A stretch of 64,000 nt of DNA, taken from Edaphocola sp. Lineage in GTDB: Bacteria; Bacteroidota; Bacteroidia; Chitinophagales; Chitinophagaceae. This document shows, one piece after another, positions 33,203 through 43,730 of the stretch. The stretch lies in contig JASGFI010000001.1 in the NCBI GenBank assembly GCA_047605615.1, positions 486-64,485 on the forward strand, written 5' to 3'. How positions within the stretch are numbered: the stretch's first letter is position 1; every line of letters begins with the position of its first letter. The notes beneath the pieces were generated by a model. That model did not search any database. It was not told the DNA's origin and saw nothing but the letters and a program-made list of their open reading frames with translations. The position numbers and the translations under genes were made by a program.

Positions 33203-34945
33203 ATGATGAACGAAACACTTGCCTTGGAAAAGGAACAAACCAAGATACCTGCAACACGGCAGTTGAGCGGCGGGGCCGTGGTACTGGAGGCGTTACTGGC
33301 CGAAGGGACAGATACCGTGTTTGGCTATCCCGGTGGTGCCATCATGCCCATTTACGATGCCCTGTACGATTATACCGACAAACTGAAACACATATTGGTG
33401 CGCCACGAGCAAGGCGGCATACATGCGGCGCAGGGCTATGCGCGGGCATCGGGCAAAACCGGCGTAGTATTTGCCACCAGCGGCCCGGGAGCTACCAATT
33501 TAGTTACCGGCCTGGCCGATGCCATGATCGACAGCACGCCCTTGGTTTGCATTACCGGACAAGTATTTGCCCATTTATTGGGTACCGATGCCTTTCAGGA
33601 AACCGACGTAATCAATATTACCACACCCGTTACCAAATGGAACGTACAAGTAACCGATGCGTCCGAAATTGAAGGTGCCTTGGCCAAAGCATTTTTCATA
33701 GCCCGAACAGGCCGCCCCGGCCCCGTATTGGTGGACATTACCAAGAACGCACAGATACAATTGACCGAATTTCGGCAATACGTTCCCTGCAATCATATAC
33801 GCAGCTACCGCCCCAAACCAATTGTACGCAAAGAATATATAGAACAAGCTGCCGCATTAATCAACCATGCGCAAAAACCCTTTGTCGTATTTGGCCAAGG
33901 TGTAATATTGGGCAAGGCAGAACAAGAGTTCCGGGCATTTATAGAAAAGACGGGCATACCCGCAGCGTGGACCATAATGGGGCTTGGCGCCTTGCCTACC
34001 GGCCATGAACTGAACGTGGGTATGCTGGGAATGCACGGCAATTATGCGCCCAACATCATGACCAACGAATGTGATGTATTGATAGCCATTGGTATGCGTT
34101 TCGACGACAGGGTTACGGGCCGGCTGGACAAATATGCACCGCAGGCCAAGGTAATACACCTTGACATAGACCCTTCGGAGATTGACAAAAATGTAAAAAC
34201 AACCGTACCCGTATGGGGCGACTGCAAAGAAACATTGCCTATGTTGACAGACCTGTTGACGGAAAGAAAGCACGAAACTTGGCTAAAGGCGTTCCGTGAC
34301 TTGGAACAGACAGAGCGGGAAACATTGATAATAGGCGAACTGTACCCCGACCAAGGCGAAATAACGATGGGCGAAGTACTGCGCACGCTGAATGAACTTA
34401 CCAAAGGCGAAGCCATAATAGTAAGCGACGTGGGCCAACATCAAATGGTAGCTTGCAGGTATGCACAGTTTCAGGACAGTAGGTGCAACATAACATCGGG
34501 AGGTTTGGGCACCATGGGTTTTGGGCTGCCCGCCGCCATAGGCGCGTGTTTTGGCAATCCCCGCAAAACGGTGGTGGCCATAGTAGGCGACGGCGGCATA
34601 CAAATGACCATTCAGGAGCTGGGTACTATCATGCAGTTCAAAGTGCCGGTGAAACTGCTGATACTCAACAATCGTTTTTTGGGCATGGTGCGCCAATGGC
34701 AGGAATTGTTCAACGACCGCCGCTACTCGTTCGTGGACATTACCAGTCCCGATTACGTGACGGTGGCCAAGGGTTACGGCATTAAAGGGAAAAACGTAAC
34801 CGACAGAAGCAAGCTGAAAGATAGCCTCAAGGAAATGCTGGAACATGAAGGCAGCTATCTGCTGGAAGTGTTTACAGGCAAGGAAAACAATGTGTTCCCG
34901 ATGGTGCCGCAGGGTTGCAGCGTGAGCGAGATAAGGTTGAAGTGA
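33203..34945 (+). CDS. ilvB: Acetolactate synthase large subunit
   Basis: FGYPGGA, RHEQG, TSGPGATN, GMLGMHG, GDGG TPP-binding motif. Confidence 0.98.
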   Translation: MMNETLALEKEQTKIPATRQLSGGAVVLEALLAEGTDTVFGYPGGAIMPIYDALYDYTDKLKHILVRHEQGGIHAAQGYARASGKTGVVFATSGPGATNLVTGLADAMIDSTPLVCITGQVFAHLLGTDAFQETDVINITTPVTKWNVQVTDASEIEGALAKAFFIARTGRPGPVLVDITKNAQIQLTEFRQYVPCNHIRSYRPKPIVRKEYIEQAAALINHAQKPFVVFGQGVILGKAEQEFRAFIEKTGIPAAWTIMGLGALPTGHELNVGMLGMHGNYAPNIMTNECDVLIAIGMRFDDRVTGRLDKYAPQAKVIHLDIDPSEIDKNVKTTVPVWGDCKETLPMLTDLLTERKHETWLKAFRDLEQTERETLIIGELYPDQGEITMGEVLRTLNELTKGEAIIVSDVGQHQMVACRYAQFQDSRCNITSGGLGTMGFGLPAAIGACFGNPRKTVVAIVGDGGIQMTIQELGTIMQFKVPVKLLILNNRFLGMVRQWQELFNDRRYSFVDITSPDYVTVAKGYGIKGKNVTDRSKLKDSLKEMLEHEGSYLLEVFTGKENNVFPMVPQGCSVSEIRLK

Positions 34946-35020
34946 GTGGGCAATTTAGGGTAGGCTGTTGGCAAATTACAGTTGGCAATTGGTAATCGGC
35001 AAAGGGGAAAACAATGTGAA

Positions 35021-35189
35021 GGTTGCGCCCCGTAGGGGCGCAACCAATAAGGTTCATTGAAGAAAATAGACGGTCGTTGGCCCAAACACCCCCCTACGAT
35101 GCAACGGCAGAAATTGCCCCGTAGGGGCAATAGGTTGGTAGTAGTAGCGGGAAGGAAAACAACACGAGCAGCGCGCCCCGTAGGGGCGC
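35021..35189. repeat. Cluster of three REP-like palindromes with core GCCCC-GTA-GGGGC
   Basis: 35021-35045 (11-bp stem), 35113-35131 and 35173-35189; a half copy lies at 3026-3037. Confidence 0.8.
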
Positions 35190-35250
35190 AACAAATGGGA
35201 AAACAGAGAAACTAAAAACCAGTAGCAATGCCACTACAAACAGCACGAAC

Positions 35251-35844
35251 ATGAGCGAAAAACAAGAATATACCATAACCCTGTACACCGAAAACCAAGT
35301 GGGCTTGCTGAACAGGGTGCTGATTATTTTTTCGAGGAGAAAAATAAATGTGGAAAGCCTGAGTGCGGCACCTTCCGAATCGCCGGGAGTGCATCGCTTA
35401 ACCATTGTGATTACCGAAGCGGAAGAAACGGTGCGCAAAATATGCACCCAGTTAGAAAAGCAAATAGAAGTATTGAAGGCTTACTACAGCAGCAACGATG
35501 AGATTGTGTGGCAGGAAATGGCCTTGTACAAAGTGGCCACCAGCGAAGTAGCCGAAAAGGTGCAGGTAGAACGCCTGTTGCGCCAACATGGCGCAAGGGC
35601 TGTGGTGATACGCCACGACTATACCGTATTTGAAACCGTCGGCCACCGGGAAGAAATAGATGCGCTTACGGAAGCGTTGCAGCCGCATGGCCTCATAGAA
35701 TTTGTACGAAGCGCGCGGGTGGCCATTATCAAGGCCAGCGCGGGTTTCCATAAGTTACTTACGGAGTTTGAACAAAGAGAACCGGCAGAAGATGTGGCCG
35801 AAAACGAATACCTCAACCAAGGCGCAAATATTTTTACCGTTTAA
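35251..35844 (+). CDS. ilvN: Acetolactate synthase small subunit
   Basis: ACT domain ENQVGLLNRV..IFSRRKINVESL; EFVRSARVAI. Confidence 0.95.
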   Translation: MSEKQEYTITLYTENQVGLLNRVLIIFSRRKINVESLSAAPSESPGVHRLTIVITEAEETVRKICTQLEKQIEVLKAYYSSNDEIVWQEMALYKVATSEVAEKVQVERLLRQHGARAVVIRHDYTVFETVGHREEIDALTEALQPHGLIEFVRSARVAIIKASAGFHKLLTEFEQREPAEDVAENEYLNQGANIFTV

Positions 35845-35882
35845 AAAATCATCATTTTCATAAAAATAAAACAGCGATTAAA

Positions 35883-36953
35883 ATGGCAACATTAAATTTT
35901 GGAGGCGTTGAAGAAAACGTCGTTACGCGCGAAGAATTTCCATTGGAAAAAGCCCAAGAGGTATTGAAAGAAGAGGTGGTGGCCGTAATAGGTTATGGCG
36001 TACAAGGACCCGGCCAGGCATTGAACCAAAAGGACAATGGCACAAACGTGATAGTGGGCCAGCGCAAAGACTCCGCTACATGGGACAAGGCCGTGGCCGA
36101 TGGTTTTGTACCGGGCGAAACCTTGTTTGAAATAGAGGAAGCCTTGCAGCGCGGCACCATTATCTGTTACTTGTTAAGCGATGCGGCACAAATAGAGTTG
36201 TGGCCTACCGTTCAAAAACATTTAACCCCGGGCAAGGCGCTTTACTTCTCGCATGGCTTCGGCATTACTTTCAACGAACAAACCGGCATAGTGCCGCCGG
36301 CAGGGGTAGATGTATTTTTGGTAGCGCCCAAAGGTTCGGGCACTTCGCTTCGCCGCATGTTCTTGCAAGGCCGCGGGCTGAACAGCAGCTACGCCATATA
36401 TCAAGACGCCACGGGCAAGGCATTTGAACGTGTGATAGCCTTGGGCATAGCCGTGGGCAGCGGTTATTTGTTTGAAACAGATTTCAAGAAAGAGGTGTAC
36501 AGCGACCTTACCGGCGAGCGCGGCACCTTGATGGGGGCCATACAGGGCATATTTGCCGCACAATACGATGTATTGCGCGCAAAAGGCCATAGCCCTTCGG
36601 AGGCATTTAACGAAACGGTGGAAGAACTTACCCAATCGCTGATGCCGCTGGTAGCCGAAAACGGCATGGACTGGATGTATGCCAATTGCAGCACCACGGC
36701 GCAACGTGGGGCCTTGGATTGGTGGAAAAAATTTCGCGATGCCACGGCACCCGTATTCAAGGAGTTGTATGAAAGCGTGGAAACGGGCAAAGAATCGCAA
36801 CGCAGCATAGACAGCAACAGCCAGCCCGACTACCGGGCCAAACTGCAAGAAGAGTTAAAAGAATTGCGCGAAAGCGAAATGTGGCAAGCCGGCAAAACAG
36901 TACGCAGCCTAAGGCCCGAAAATGCCAAGGTAGAAGAAGGGGCGAATGTGTAA
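35883..36953 (+). CDS. ilvC: Ketol-acid reductoisomerase
   Basis: IGYGVQGPGQA, APKGSG, SDLTGERGTLMG. Confidence 0.98.
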   Translation: MATLNFGGVEENVVTREEFPLEKAQEVLKEEVVAVIGYGVQGPGQALNQKDNGTNVIVGQRKDSATWDKAVADGFVPGETLFEIEEALQRGTIICYLLSDAAQIELWPTVQKHLTPGKALYFSHGFGITFNEQTGIVPPAGVDVFLVAPKGSGTSLRRMFLQGRGLNSSYAIYQDATGKAFERVIALGIAVGSGYLFETDFKKEVYSDLTGERGTLMGAIQGIFAAQYDVLRAKGHSPSEAFNETVEELTQSLMPLVAENGMDWMYANCSTTAQRGALDWWKKFRDATAPVFKELYESVETGKESQRSIDSNSQPDYRAKLQEELKELRESEMWQAGKTVRSLRPENAKVEEGANV

Positions 36954-37069
36954 ACCTGCCGCCAATCTTGGGTGAAACAACGATGCCTTTGGAAGCGAAT
37001 CCAAAGGCATTGGTACTTTACGAGAACAATATAATTAAATCGTAATGTTTTTAAAAAATGATTTGGAGG

Positions 37070-37151
37070 TGTCATTCTGAACGAAACGAAGTGCAGTGAA
37101 GAATCTCAGAGATTCCTCCTGTCGTCGGAATGACATTTTAAACAGGCTCTA
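37070..37151. repeat. Imperfect palindromic repeat followed by an orphan MITE end
   Basis: tgtcattctga...gaatctcagagattc...ggaatgaca, then tttaaacaggctcta identical to the right TIR at 2449-2463. Confidence 0.7.
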
Positions 37152-37220
37152 AGTGTCATTGCTCCTTACGCAAGCGGGCGAGAACCGGCAATAAATACCA
37201 ACGTGCGTGACCAATGCTGC

Positions 37221-39452
37221 TTATGTTTTTTCTTCCTGTTGTTTTTTGAAATACTGCATCCCTGCCTTTATGTCGGCAAAGCTAAAACCTTCTCCCAGTG
37301 AGGCTTTCAAGGCACCGCTCAGGGCATCGGGGGTTTGTTTCAAGGCTGCCAATATTTTTTCCAATTTGTCTATTGTCATCAATCGCAGCGGGTCTATTTC
37401 GCCCGTGTAAACAAAATCGGCCAGGTGTCCTTCTATGGTGCTTGCCGCAAAATTACGTGCCGCGGCTATTTCGTCTATCGCCATGCCTTCGTTGAACATG
37501 CGCAGCGATATGCGTTTCGATTCGCCAACGGGTGCTTTGGTGGCCGATGCCTCCGACGTTTGTTGCACTACAATGGGGGCGTGCAAATTATCTACCCTTT
37601 GCATCAATTGCTCGCGGCTCAGGTCATTGGCCAAGGCATCGGTAATGGTTACGGCCTGCTGCACTTGGTGGTATTTCCGTTCAAAGGTCGTAAGTATTTC
37701 CTTTAGCTCTTGTACATACTTCTTGGTGCGCTGCTTCGCCTGTTGCTCCTTTATGTGCGCCTTCAACTTGTCTATTGCCTGCTGTTGCAGCTCCGTGCCA
37801 AACCAACCCACGGCCGCCATGGTGCGTTCGTGTATTGGGCCGTAAGTGCCTTTTCCTTTATGCAATTGTTCCTGCAGCCAATTGCGGAACTTCAAGGCTG
37901 TTTGTTCTTGTTGTTGCAGGTGCACCAACATGTTTTGCGCCCAAGGCACTATTTCGTACACGTCGGGCAGGGCGCGGCCACCGTAACTGTTCACCATCAG
38001 TTGCCATTCGTCGGTTAGCTTTCGCCAGTCAAAAGTTTTCACCAAAGAGCGTTCGGCAAATATCATTTGCGCATCGGCCAAAAGGGTGTTTATCTTTTCC
38101 TGCGGTTCTTCCCGTGCCGCAAATGCAAGGATGCGCTCATCGGTCACGATGCTGGCCGGGGTTATTTTGGACCGAAGCACCAAGCCGTCCAAATTCGTGA
38201 GCCTGCTAAGGGCCACATATACTTGGCCGGGCGCAAAAGATTGCCCCGCGTCCACTATGGCTTTTTCAAAGGTTAGCCCCTGGCTTTTGTGTATGGTTAC
38301 GGCCCAGGCCAACCTTATGGGGAACTGGCTGAAGGTACCCAGCTCTTCCTCTTTCACCTCGTCGCTTTCTTGGTCGTAGCGGTAACGGATGTTGCGCCAT
38401 GTTTCCGGTTCCAAGGGCAACAGGTCTTTTTCGCCAGGGAAAGAAATCAGTATTTTTTTGTCCTGCGGGTCTATCCTTTCCACCATGCCTATTCTACCAT
38501 TGTAAAATCTCCTTGCTTCGCCCTTGTCGTTTTTGATGAACATTATTTGCGCGCCTTCTTTCAGGTACAATATTTTATCTACCGGATAGGCATGTTCCGG
38601 AAATTCGCTGGACACCCTGGCTTCCAGTTTGTGCAAGGTGGCCGGCAACCTGTCCAATGCTTGCTGGTTTATGGTGTCGGCCTTGTGGTTGTGGCTGGTA
38701 AGGGTTATGTAGCCCTCTTGATGCGAAGGCGTGAAATAGGGTTGGTAGTTTTGTTCCAACCGAGCCAGGTCGTCTTCCGTGCAGCGATTGTTGCGCACAT
38801 TGTTCAGGATAGCAATAAATTCATCGTCGCGCTGGCGGTATATTTTTTTCAGTTCCAAATGGACGGGCTGGGCGGCCTGCACCGCCGGTGCGTCAAAGAA
38901 AAATTGGCCGGGGTAATACTCTTGCATCAATTCCATTTCGTTGTCGCGCACTACGGGCGGCAACTGAAACATATCGCCAATGAACAACAACTGCAAGCCG
39001 CCAAAAGGTTCTTCGTTCCGGCGCACGTGGCGCAACACCGTGTCCACGGCCTCTATCACATCGGCCCGCACCATGGATATTTCGTCTATAACCAACAAGT
39101 CCAAGCCACGTATCAAATCGAGCTTGGCCTTGTTGAACCTAAGCTTGGCCAGTAGTTGGTTGCGGTTGTACAGGTTTTGGTGTTCGCCGCCCCACACGGT
39201 GCGCATGGTAGGCAAATAAGTACCAAAAGGCAATTGGAAAAAAGAATGTATGGTAACGCCACCGGCATTGATGGCAGCCACGCCCGTGGGGGCCAATACG
39301 GCCATGCGTTTGTGGCAATGCTGGCGTATGTAACGCAAAAAAGTGGTCTTGCCGGTACCCGCCTTTCCGGTAAGGAAAAGGTGCTGGTCGGTTTGGGTAA
39401 CGAAAGCCACCGCTTGTTCAAAAACAAGGTTGTCGGTATCGGTTTGCTGCAT
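37221..39452 (-). CDS. PIF1/RecD-like SF1B helicase with C-terminal helix-turn-helix
   Basis: TGKAGTGKTT, APTGVAA, IDEISM, GDMFQLPPV, TIHKSQGLT, YVALSR; C-terminal IDEIAAARNFAASTIEGHL. Confidence 0.93.
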   Translation of the reverse strand: MQQTDTDNLVFEQAVAFVTQTDQHLFLTGKAGTGKTTFLRYIRQHCHKRMAVLAPTGVAAINAGGVTIHSFFQLPFGTYLPTMRTVWGGEHQNLYNRNQLLAKLRFNKAKLDLIRGLDLLVIDEISMVRADVIEAVDTVLRHVRRNEEPFGGLQLLFIGDMFQLPPVVRDNEMELMQEYYPGQFFFDAPAVQAAQPVHLELKKIYRQRDDEFIAILNNVRNNRCTEDDLARLEQNYQPYFTPSHQEGYITLTSHNHKADTINQQALDRLPATLHKLEARVSSEFPEHAYPVDKILYLKEGAQIMFIKNDKGEARRFYNGRIGMVERIDPQDKKILISFPGEKDLLPLEPETWRNIRYRYDQESDEVKEEELGTFSQFPIRLAWAVTIHKSQGLTFEKAIVDAGQSFAPGQVYVALSRLTNLDGLVLRSKITPASIVTDERILAFAAREEPQEKINTLLADAQMIFAERSLVKTFDWRKLTDEWQLMVNSYGGRALPDVYEIVPWAQNMLVHLQQQEQTALKFRNWLQEQLHKGKGTYGPIHERTMAAVGWFGTELQQQAIDKLKAHIKEQQAKQRTKKYVQELKEILTTFERKYHQVQQAVTITDALANDLSREQLMQRVDNLHAPIVVQQTSEASATKAPVGESKRISLRMFNEGMAIDEIAAARNFAASTIEGHLADFVYTGEIDPLRLMTIDKLEKILAALKQTPDALSGALKASLGEGFSFADIKAGMQYFKKQQEEKT

Positions 39453-39598
39453 GGTAAAAACGCTGTACTGTTAATGTGGCTAAGGTACGCCATTAAGGCA
39501 AAAGGCTTGGAACTGCAAGAAACGTTTTCCCGTTTTGCGGCAAAACGTTTTTTACTATTCGGCCATGGCCCTATGTGGCCGGCATGCTTCTTCGGTCG

Positions 39599-41164
39599 CT
39601 AGGTCGAGATTATATTTGGTTGGGAAATAAAATTGTCGGGCTTGAAGAATGCCGCAAGAAATTCAAACTCGTCGTCGGTAAAGGGATGTTTTTGGTAAAA
39701 GACCAAATTATGCTTGCATAGCTTCCAGCAACACAAGGTTAGTTCACCCGGAATGTCCTCCTGCATCAGCAGGTCTTCAAAATCGTCATGTTCGTTTTCT
39801 TTTTTGTAAAACGGATTGTCGGCAAGCGGGAAAGCCCCGGCAAGGTTGTAAAACACCTCTATGCCGCCATGTTCGTTGAAAAAGACGAGGTAGTTTTCCG
39901 CATCGTCATCCACTTCTATTGGCTTGGATGCGGGTTCCCCTTTCCCTCCCGCCCGTTCGGCATTGAAATTGTTGACGTATCCGGCCATGAAGGGTTGCAT
40001 GCCCCCATAATCCAAGAACTTCAGTATCCGGCCATTGTTATGTTTTAAAAAACTTTCTTTATGCAATTCCAAGGTGCTGGCCAATTCTTCTTTATTGAAA
40101 ATACGGTCGTAGGTACGCTTTTCATTAACGTTGTTTTTCATCTCGGCAATCTTTGCTTCATGGCGGTATTTTTGGCTTATCAGCATACCGGAGAATGTCC
40201 ATTGTCCTTGCCACTTTACCATGCCCATACGAGCAATATCCCCGGGCTTTACCTTGTCATATTGTTGCTGTCCAAGTCCGGACACGGCAAACAGTTGCCC
40301 ACTTGCAAGGTGGCTGAACTTGTGTTGGTCGCCAACAAGCCCCACCAACTCGAAATGCCCCCACAACCTATCCGACATTTCCATGAAATCCTTGTAGTTG
40401 GGATGGTCGGTGCCCAAAAGAGTGGCGGCCAACACTTTGGCCGGAACATGCAACAACCTTGATTTGCTGGTGTGTAGCAGGTAGTCGCTGGCTTCGGGGA
40501 ATCCCCTATAGGCAGCCTGCGGGTCTTCATCAATCAGTTTGCCTATTTCTTGCTCGAAGCGCCGGCCAATATCGAGCTTGAAAAGGTAAGTGCCGCGGCT
40601 TATTTGTTGCATGAACTTGCGTGCCACATAATAGTCGCTTGTTGGTTCCAGGGCCAAATCCTGTTGCATCACCACGCTTTCGGGCGCGGTTTCGTATTCA
40701 TCCTCGAAAATGGCCATGATTTTTTCGGCCAATTCTCCCCAAAGCTCCTCGAATGGGTCAATGAAAATTTGGAAATCGGTACTTTTCAAAGAAACAAAAT
40801 ACCAGATAAGGAAGCGGACATCTGCCTGGTTTATCTCTTCCGGCATATATTTTTCGTCGATGGCGTAAAACGGAAGGCACTTGCCGTAACGTTGGAGGTG
40901 CAGCCCCGTAAAAACACGCCAAACGCCCAACCGGGCTATCACGTCGGCAAAATAAGCCGTGAGGAAGCATGCCAACTCTTTGTCTTCTTCATCTTCTAAG
41001 AAATAATAAATATCCTTTTCCTCATCGTCCGATTTGCACACTGTCCCCAGGGCCGCACATACTTTGTTGCAAATGCCCACGTAATAGGCATCCGTGGCAT
41101 CGCCACGCTCCGATGGTTTAAATTCTACCCAATCGCTTAAATAAATAGGTTTCTTCTTGAACAT
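39599..41164 (-). CDS. Hypothetical protein, probably DUF3843 family
   Basis: IYLSDWVEFKP...TDAYYVGICNKV and EEINQADVRFLIWY recalled from DUF3843 proteins. Confidence 0.65.
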   Translation of the reverse strand: MFKKKPIYLSDWVEFKPSERGDATDAYYVGICNKVCAALGTVCKSDDEEKDIYYFLEDEEDKELACFLTAYFADVIARLGVWRVFTGLHLQRYGKCLPFYAIDEKYMPEEINQADVRFLIWYFVSLKSTDFQIFIDPFEELWGELAEKIMAIFEDEYETAPESVVMQQDLALEPTSDYYVARKFMQQISRGTYLFKLDIGRRFEQEIGKLIDEDPQAAYRGFPEASDYLLHTSKSRLLHVPAKVLAATLLGTDHPNYKDFMEMSDRLWGHFELVGLVGDQHKFSHLASGQLFAVSGLGQQQYDKVKPGDIARMGMVKWQGQWTFSGMLISQKYRHEAKIAEMKNNVNEKRTYDRIFNKEELASTLELHKESFLKHNNGRILKFLDYGGMQPFMAGYVNNFNAERAGGKGEPASKPIEVDDDAENYLVFFNEHGGIEVFYNLAGAFPLADNPFYKKENEHDDFEDLLMQEDIPGELTLCCWKLCKHNLVFYQKHPFTDDEFEFLAAFFKPDNFISQPNIIST

Positions 41165-41376
41165 TTCAATCGTTAATGTCTTCTTGAAATTATGAAAAAC
41201 GGTACGCGCCGTAAAAATAGAAACGCGAAAGTAAAGATTAACAAAACGAGATGTTGGCATTTGTGGAAAAACGGCGGCACCCGGAACCGCCGCACAAATA
41301 TTTATGGCCCCATGCCTTGGATTTGTTAAATGCTTTTTTATCTTTGGGGAATATCTGTAATTTTTTTGAACCGGTA

Positions 41377-41628
41377 ATGAAGAAATATTTTACTACTTTA
41401 TTGATTGCGGGCGGGCTAACAACCATTATAGCGGCCAGTTCCTGCACACGCGAGTTTACTTGCCAATGCGTTATATCCTACTCCGGCGCGCCGGGCTTGC
41501 CCGACACCACCATACGCGAGTATTCCATTACCGATACCAAAAAGAACGCACGCAGTGCCTGCCAAGCCAATAGCGGCACCTATGTGAAGGACGGTATCAC
41601 CACCGTGGAAGATTGCGATTTGTTTTAA
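41377..41628 (+). CDS. Small Cys-rich lipoprotein
   Basis: MKKYF...IAASSC lipobox, CTREFTCQC pattern, followed by a terminator. Confidence 0.8.
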   Translation: MKKYFTTLLIAGGLTTIIAASSCTREFTCQCVISYSGAPGLPDTTIREYSITDTKKNARSACQANSGTYVKDGITTVEDCDLF

Positions 41629-41656
41629 CTTCAACAAACAGTATTTATCAGCCCCC

Positions 41657-41685
41657 AAAAAGCACCTCTCGTAAAGGTGCTTTTT
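41657..41685. terminator. Bidirectional intrinsic terminator
   Basis: aaaaagcacct-ctcgtaa-aggtgcttttt. Confidence 0.8.
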
Positions 41686-41872
41686 AGTTTAATGAAAAAT
41701 AAAAATAAATCGGCTATACTAAAATTTTAATGGAAGGCTTTAGCTACTGTTTACAATGAAGACCATACTTGCTTCTACCGTTTATAGGGGTTGGGGCTGA
41801 TGTGTTCCCTCTAAAAGCAAATTAATGCTTCATTTTATTTCCATTAAAATTTTACTATAGCCTAAAAATCTA

Positions 41873-41990
41873 ATGCCCAACCAAAATCCCGAACAAAGTG
41901 CCCGTGATGCCATCGACCAACAGTTGACGATGCCGAACTGAGGTATGTGTTCGTGGCCGGTATAGCCGCGGGACCAGCCGTTGCTATTCC
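41873..41990 (+). pseudogene. Relic of a type I restriction HsdR N-terminus
   Basis: MPNQNPEQSARDAIDQQL, then IAAGPAVAI; resembles recalled HsdR starts; stop at 41941. Confidence 0.45.
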
Positions 41991-42131
41991 AAAGAGCTTA
42001 ACCCCGTGGCTGCTCGTAGCCATACCTTGTGCGGCACACGAAAGGATTCGCTCCACCAGCCACGCCTAATCTTTATTCTTTCCCTCGTGCGCAACCGGGC
42101 GGCTTTTTATAGTCTTTTGCTTGCTTGCAGG

Positions 42132-43634
42132 TCACCAAATGCCTTTCAGCGAAGTTATCTTTATGTTGGCCGTATTGGGGCTTGCGCCGCGGAACAGTAC
42201 GGCATCAAAAGGTGCTTTCGCAAAAAACACATCGGTCATGGCCACGCTGCCCCCGTCGGCAAACAACTCCATGGCGGCCTTGTCCAACCATATTTCCATC
42301 TTGATGCGTTTGCCTTTCAACAGTCGCGGCGCCACGTGAACAGCCCCGAAGCCCGGTTCAAAATTGGTGATGCCCGCCTTGGTCCTGTTTATGTAAAAAA
42401 TGTTCTTTTGCTTGTCGTAGCCAATTTGCAGGGTATCGCCCGTTTTGTTCAGCAGCAGTACCTCAAAAGATTCGTCCATGGCTTCTACCGCTATCCTTTT
42501 GCCCGACGGCTGCCCGGCTGCGGCAAGGGGGATGGTTTTGCCGCTTTCCACGGTTTGCGCGGTTGTGTTTCGCTCCAATATCTTCGTTTCCGTTACCGGC
42601 GCGGAACATAGCAAATAGCCATTATCGCCCTTGACCAGCGAGAAGGTACGCGGCAGGGTATTGGCGCCCCGCCAATTGGCGGTGGGCACTATGTTGGCAT
42701 ATTGCCAGTTGCTCATCCACCCTATCGTTATCCTCCTGTTGGCGGTATTGTCGTAGGTAACGCCCGCATAATTGTCTGTGCCGTAGTCCACCCACCTCGT
42801 AAGGGTATCGAAGGCGGCAAAGGTCTTGCCATTGAATGTTCCGGTAAAATATTGCGTGGCCGAACCGCCATTGGGGCCGCCGGGGTTGATGCTTACCAGC
42901 AACACCCAAATTTTTTTGCCGTTGCAATCAAGGGCAAAAAGGTCGGGACATTCCCATACGCCGCCGTGCGCGCCAACAGACTGGCCGAACTCGCTTTCCT
43001 TGCCCCACTGTTTAAGGTTTTTGCTCGAATAAAAAGTTATGCGGTCTTTGGTTGCCAGCGTCATTATCCATTTTTTGCCCGGCTGGTACCAGCTAACCTT
43101 GGGATCCCTGAAATCCTTGATGCCCGGATTTTTCAATACCGGGTTTTCACGGTACTTGTTCCAAGTACGGCCCTCGTCCACGCTCCAGGCTATGCTTTGG
43201 TTTTGGAAATCGCTCCTTCCGGCATGTTCGCCGCCCATATTGTGCTGCGTGTAAATGGCCACCAACGGAGGGTTGGCCGCCGTGCCAAAACCGGAGGAAT
43301 TGTTTTTGTCAAGCACGATGCTGCCCGAAAATATATCGCCTATGCTGTCGGGGTACAAGGCAATGGGAAGTTCTTGCCAATGGAGCAAATCGGCACTTGT
43401 TGCATGGCCCCAGTGCATGGGGCCCCACACTATGCCTTCGGGGTAATATTGGAAAAACAGGTGGTACTTGCCCTTGTGGTACACCAATCCGTTGGGGTCG
43501 TTCATCCAATGGTATTTGGGCGAAAAGTGGAACTGGTTGCGGAATGGTTCGTTGTACGGCAAGGTGTCTTGCGCGCTAAGGGCGTTGATGCCCGCTGCCA
43601 TTATTAAGGCCAACAAAAGTCGTGTCGGTTTCAT
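42132..43634 (-). CDS. GH32 beta-fructosidase/levanase
   Basis: WMNDPNG, WGHATS, FSGS, RDP and WECPD catalytic motifs; signal peptide. Confidence 0.96.
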   Translation of the reverse strand: MKPTRLLLALIMAAGINALSAQDTLPYNEPFRNQFHFSPKYHWMNDPNGLVYHKGKYHLFFQYYPEGIVWGPMHWGHATSADLLHWQELPIALYPDSIGDIFSGSIVLDKNNSSGFGTAANPPLVAIYTQHNMGGEHAGRSDFQNQSIAWSVDEGRTWNKYRENPVLKNPGIKDFRDPKVSWYQPGKKWIMTLATKDRITFYSSKNLKQWGKESEFGQSVGAHGGVWECPDLFALDCNGKKIWVLLVSINPGGPNGGSATQYFTGTFNGKTFAAFDTLTRWVDYGTDNYAGVTYDNTANRRITIGWMSNWQYANIVPTANWRGANTLPRTFSLVKGDNGYLLCSAPVTETKILERNTTAQTVESGKTIPLAAAGQPSGKRIAVEAMDESFEVLLLNKTGDTLQIGYDKQKNIFYINRTKAGITNFEPGFGAVHVAPRLLKGKRIKMEIWLDKAAMELFADGGSVAMTDVFFAKAPFDAVLFRGASPNTANIKITSLKGIW

Positions 43635-43730
43635 ATTTATCTCTAATGTTTGTTTATCGTGGGGCATGCGTTATGGGTTGCCTCGAAAGTTAGCATACGT
43701 TTTAAATCACTACCAAAAAACAATGCCAAA

